This document shows positions 62,201 to 64,000 of a stretch of DNA of 64,000 nt, in pieces. Both the position numbers and the translations under genes were made by a program. Below the pieces are notes generated by a model. That model was not told the origin of the DNA and searched no databases. It saw only the letters and a program-made list of their open reading frames with translations. The stretch covers positions 1,364,001 to 1,428,000 of the forward strand of contig NC_092672.1 of the NCBI RefSeq assembly GCF_964355755.1, written 5' to 3'. This DNA is from Antedon mediterranea (lineage: Eukaryota; Animalia; Echinodermata). Position 1 is the first letter of the stretch, and each line of letters opens with the position of its first letter.

Positions 62201-62818
62201 TTTCAGACGCTGTAGCTCATTCTGTTGCTTTTCTACAAGGTCTCTTTCAGTTTTTGTCTTGTTTTCCTGCAGAAAGGTTTATAAGTAGTTTAATACATGG
62301 TAAGTTTCACATCTATAACTTTACATAAAAAATGTTTTAAAAATGTAGTAGAACATAACAATTTTAACAGATTTTGTATTCGTTTTTTTTTTTTGCAAAA
62401 TAAACTAAACAAAAGTTTTGTTCTACTTTATACTGGGTAACTACATCTGGATCTGGATGAATACTGACGAAGGACCACATGGGTATATGCGCCAGGGGGT
62501 GCGTCTCTCGGTGTGCAAACCTCATACTTAACTGAATTTGTTTTATTTATTTATTTTTTTTTTATTTATTAACTTCACAAAACTGACTAAACAATGACGA
62601 AAAAACAAACAAACCAACATCAGTTCTCACAGAGCGTAGTTCAACATATACAGTGCTTTTAATAATATAATAAATGTTATTAAACAAAATAATATTCTTC
62701 TTACCATTTGACTTGTTAAATTATGTTCTTTTCCTTTTAAACTTTCAATATCCTTCTCCATGTATTCTAGTTTCAGTTCTAAGGCTTTCTTATCGTCTTT
62801 CACAGTCTTACTTGTTTC
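44277..62818 (-). CDS. Long coiled-coil protein, 3' part (17 exons, ~840 aa; 5' end not found in window)
   Basis: Phase-compatible GT-AG exons: 62818-62705, 62266-62036, 61834-61742, 60545-60291, 56594-56525, 55724-55591, 54304-54152, 53872-53735, 52938-52855, 49735-49619, 47797-47640, 46750-46585, 46401-46229, 45849-45685, 45251-45071, 44759-44647, 44454-44277 (stop). E/K/Q/L heptad-rich, with a Ser/Pro-rich tail ending ...TEVDSES*. Family not recognised. Confidence 0.88.
46850..47191 (+). mobile_element. Putative short Helitron enclosing the tRNA-like gene (5' end uncertain)
   Basis: 3' end CGGCGT-ggt-ACGGCG (imperfect hairpin) followed by CTAG|T at 47188-47192. Degenerate ctatataaaa 5'-like motif near 46858. 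Confidence 0.4.
47044..47115 (-). tRNA. tRNA-like gene or tRNA-derived repeat, anticodon ATC (Asp-like)
   Basis: GCCCCAG TG GTCT AATGGTTA GGAC A TCTGC ATATCAA GCAGG CGGT CCGAG TTCGAGT CTCGG TTGGGGC G: all four stems pair. Followed by ACTTTTT, a Pol III terminator. Confidence 0.6.
47850..48073 (-). mobile_element. L2/CR1-type LINE 3' end
   Basis: Minus strand reads RAFAVAAPKLWNTLPLEIRSSKSVITFKTKLKTHLFREA*, the typical L2 ORF2 C-terminus, followed by a short UTR and a (TTA)n tail. Confidence 0.85.
48132..49329. repeat. Intronic minisatellite, ~15 units of 81/78 bp
   Basis: Unit ccctattaagcaagcttcc(c/t)actactgacacaacacaaggaggtagatgcaacaagtgagttgaccaatgtctacaaacct; near-identical units with no spacers. 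Confidence 0.97.
49376..49489. mobile_element. Small hAT-like MITE
   Basis: CAGTGGCAGATCCA...TGGATCCGCCCCTG termini, flanked by TATTA on both sides. Confidence 0.65.
49800..49950 (-). mobile_element. Deu/Nin-type SINE fragment (tail type 2); another partial copy near 55335-55530
   Basis: Colinear with 55760-56062 (accggggtaaccc..actcgtct.gaaagatgtact.ggttctttaaag). Confidence 0.7.
50109..52690 (-). mobile_element. Sola2-like DNA transposon, internally deleted; transposase C-terminal fragments at 52000-51640 and 51299-50721
   Basis: GGG...CCC termini, ~510-bp TIRs (50109-50618; 52171-52690), 4-bp TSD AGAC. Protein motif HYFTDGCGGQYKN...WNFFATSHGKSACDGIGGTVKR. Confidence 0.85.
51300..51640 (+). 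mobile_element. Full-length tRNA-derived Deu/Nin-type SINE interrupting the Sola2 transposase
   Basis: A box TGGCCGAGCGG, B box GGTTCGAGGCC, core TCTTCTCGGATAAGGACTATAAACC...TTCGAAAAAGAGTAGGGGGTTACCCCGGTG, A-rich tail. Confidence 0.85.
54476..54588. repeat. 20-bp tandem repeat x~5.5
   Basis: catatgcagatagtattaag units. Confidence 0.9.
55750..56062 (-). mobile_element. Full-length tRNA-derived Deu/Nin-type SINE (tail type 2)
   Basis: Minus strand GTGGCCGAGCGGTTAAGACAG head, same core as 51300-51640, different 3' tail. Confidence 0.8.
56228..56452 (-). mobile_element. Second tRNA-derived SINE family
   Basis: Minus strand GTTAGGACACTTGACTGTCAT...CCGGGTTCAATGCCCG (tRNA-like, B box), then CCACTCAGCTGTAAAATGAGTACC and a caccttcacc-type tail. 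Confidence 0.6.
57692..57830. repeat. ~68-bp tandem duplication
   Basis: agaactcgactacctttaaaagaataacaa...aaactcaattgtgagcag occurs twice. Confidence 0.8.
58455..58790. repeat. ~220-bp-period local duplication
   Basis: atccaaacaatggcatgtatgtatattttactattcaatattcatt...gtaaatgtttgtttaatataatatata at ~58455 and ~58676. Confidence 0.75.
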
Positions 62819-64000
62819 CTGCAATTTATTAAAGATGATTTAAAACGGTAATATTATATTTGCACATTTTTAAAAAACCATATAGTGACAGGGTCACTAT
62901 ATTCAATGATTGTTAAAGCACTAAACGGCAGTATTTCAAGTCAAGGGAGGTTTTCCCAGATCAGGTTCCCTGCAGAGGCAGATGAGAGGTGTTGAGAGTG
63001 TAAATTTTATTTACCAAAATTTAGGATGCCAGGTTTTCCTGTCCCCTACATTTTTTTTTTTACAAACGCAATCCCTATTTCTATTTTATTGTCATTTTTA
63101 CCTCAAGTTTATTAAGTTGTTTTTTGTTTTTGTCAATCAAAGCTCTAAGTTTGATGATAGTGGCTTCATGACTGCTTCTTTTCTTTTTCTCATCATCCAA
63201 GGATGTCTGCAGCTCACGAATCTATAATGAGATAATAGTTCATGATAAATGGAAGGAAGCAATTTAAATTTGTGTAGATATCAAGAAATTTATCAAGAGC
63301 ATATATGCAATGGCGTAACGGTTATGAGCGCTAACTGGCTCAACCCAGGGGCCCCCAAAGCATGAGCAGTCCAATGCAACTATCCAGTGTTGAAGGAGTG
63401 CTAAACCCGGGGCCTTTGCCGTGTGCATTAAGCCACTGCGTACGGGTGGACACATTGATGTTGACTGATTTATACACACACTACAATAATGACTACAATT
63501 ACAAATCATTTTGTGGGTGTCTGAATCTACTTCTACTGAGGTAGATTATTTAATAATGTTTCCTATACAGTATCTAAGATTTACATCTACGGAAAAAAAA
63601 TGAATAATTCAGTATGTAAAATATCACCATCCCTTAGGGGTGAAGCATGTGTAGAATGTCAAAAGAATGCTAATTTGGTATTATAATATAACACATTGTA
63701 TCTCAAATTAAATAGCCTTTTAGCAAGTCATCACAGGAAAAAAATACCTTCCAAATTTACAATAATGAATAAGCAAAAACTTTAACAACCTTTCTCAAAA
63801 TTCAACTCAAACTTCTTTTAACAACTTTTTTTTTATTGAGATCACCATTTTAATGACTACTAATATTAAAAGAAGGGTGAGTTATGAATGACTTTAGTTT
63901 CCATGGTAACTAAAAACATATTGATACTAAAACTTGTGATCACACAAACAATTATTAATTGCTATAGTAACAATACAGTTGAATAATATGTGCACTCAAG

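Overview
AT-rich eukaryotic (invertebrate animal) genomic DNA with spliced genes; an echinoderm origin is plausible but is my inference only. Three host genes: (1) a minus-strand secreted prohormone/neuropeptide-like precursor (exons 8889-8788 and 4782-4584, last exon uncertain) with a TATA box and a perfect ETS-CRE promoter element; (2) a complete four-exon GABARAP/ATG8 gene (32058-39183, +); (3) the 3' 17 exons (~840 aa) of a long coiled-coil protein gene (62818-44277, -). The most striking structure is an 11.15-kb 'Russian doll' (17131-28280) of seven non-autonomous Helentron/HINE-like rolling-circle elements from three related families. Each inner copy sits in the T-tract just behind the 5' hairpin of another, and the empty target site is preserved in an adjacent tandem-repeat unit. 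Other elements: an Academ-like DNA transposon and a Harbinger element in GABARAP introns, a SINE>Sola2>SINE nest, LINE fragments, Deu/Nin-type SINEs, MITEs, an intact-folding tRNA-like gene (anticodon ATC) next to a Helitron-type 3' end, and an 81/78-bp minisatellite. All calls were made by eye, without database searches.
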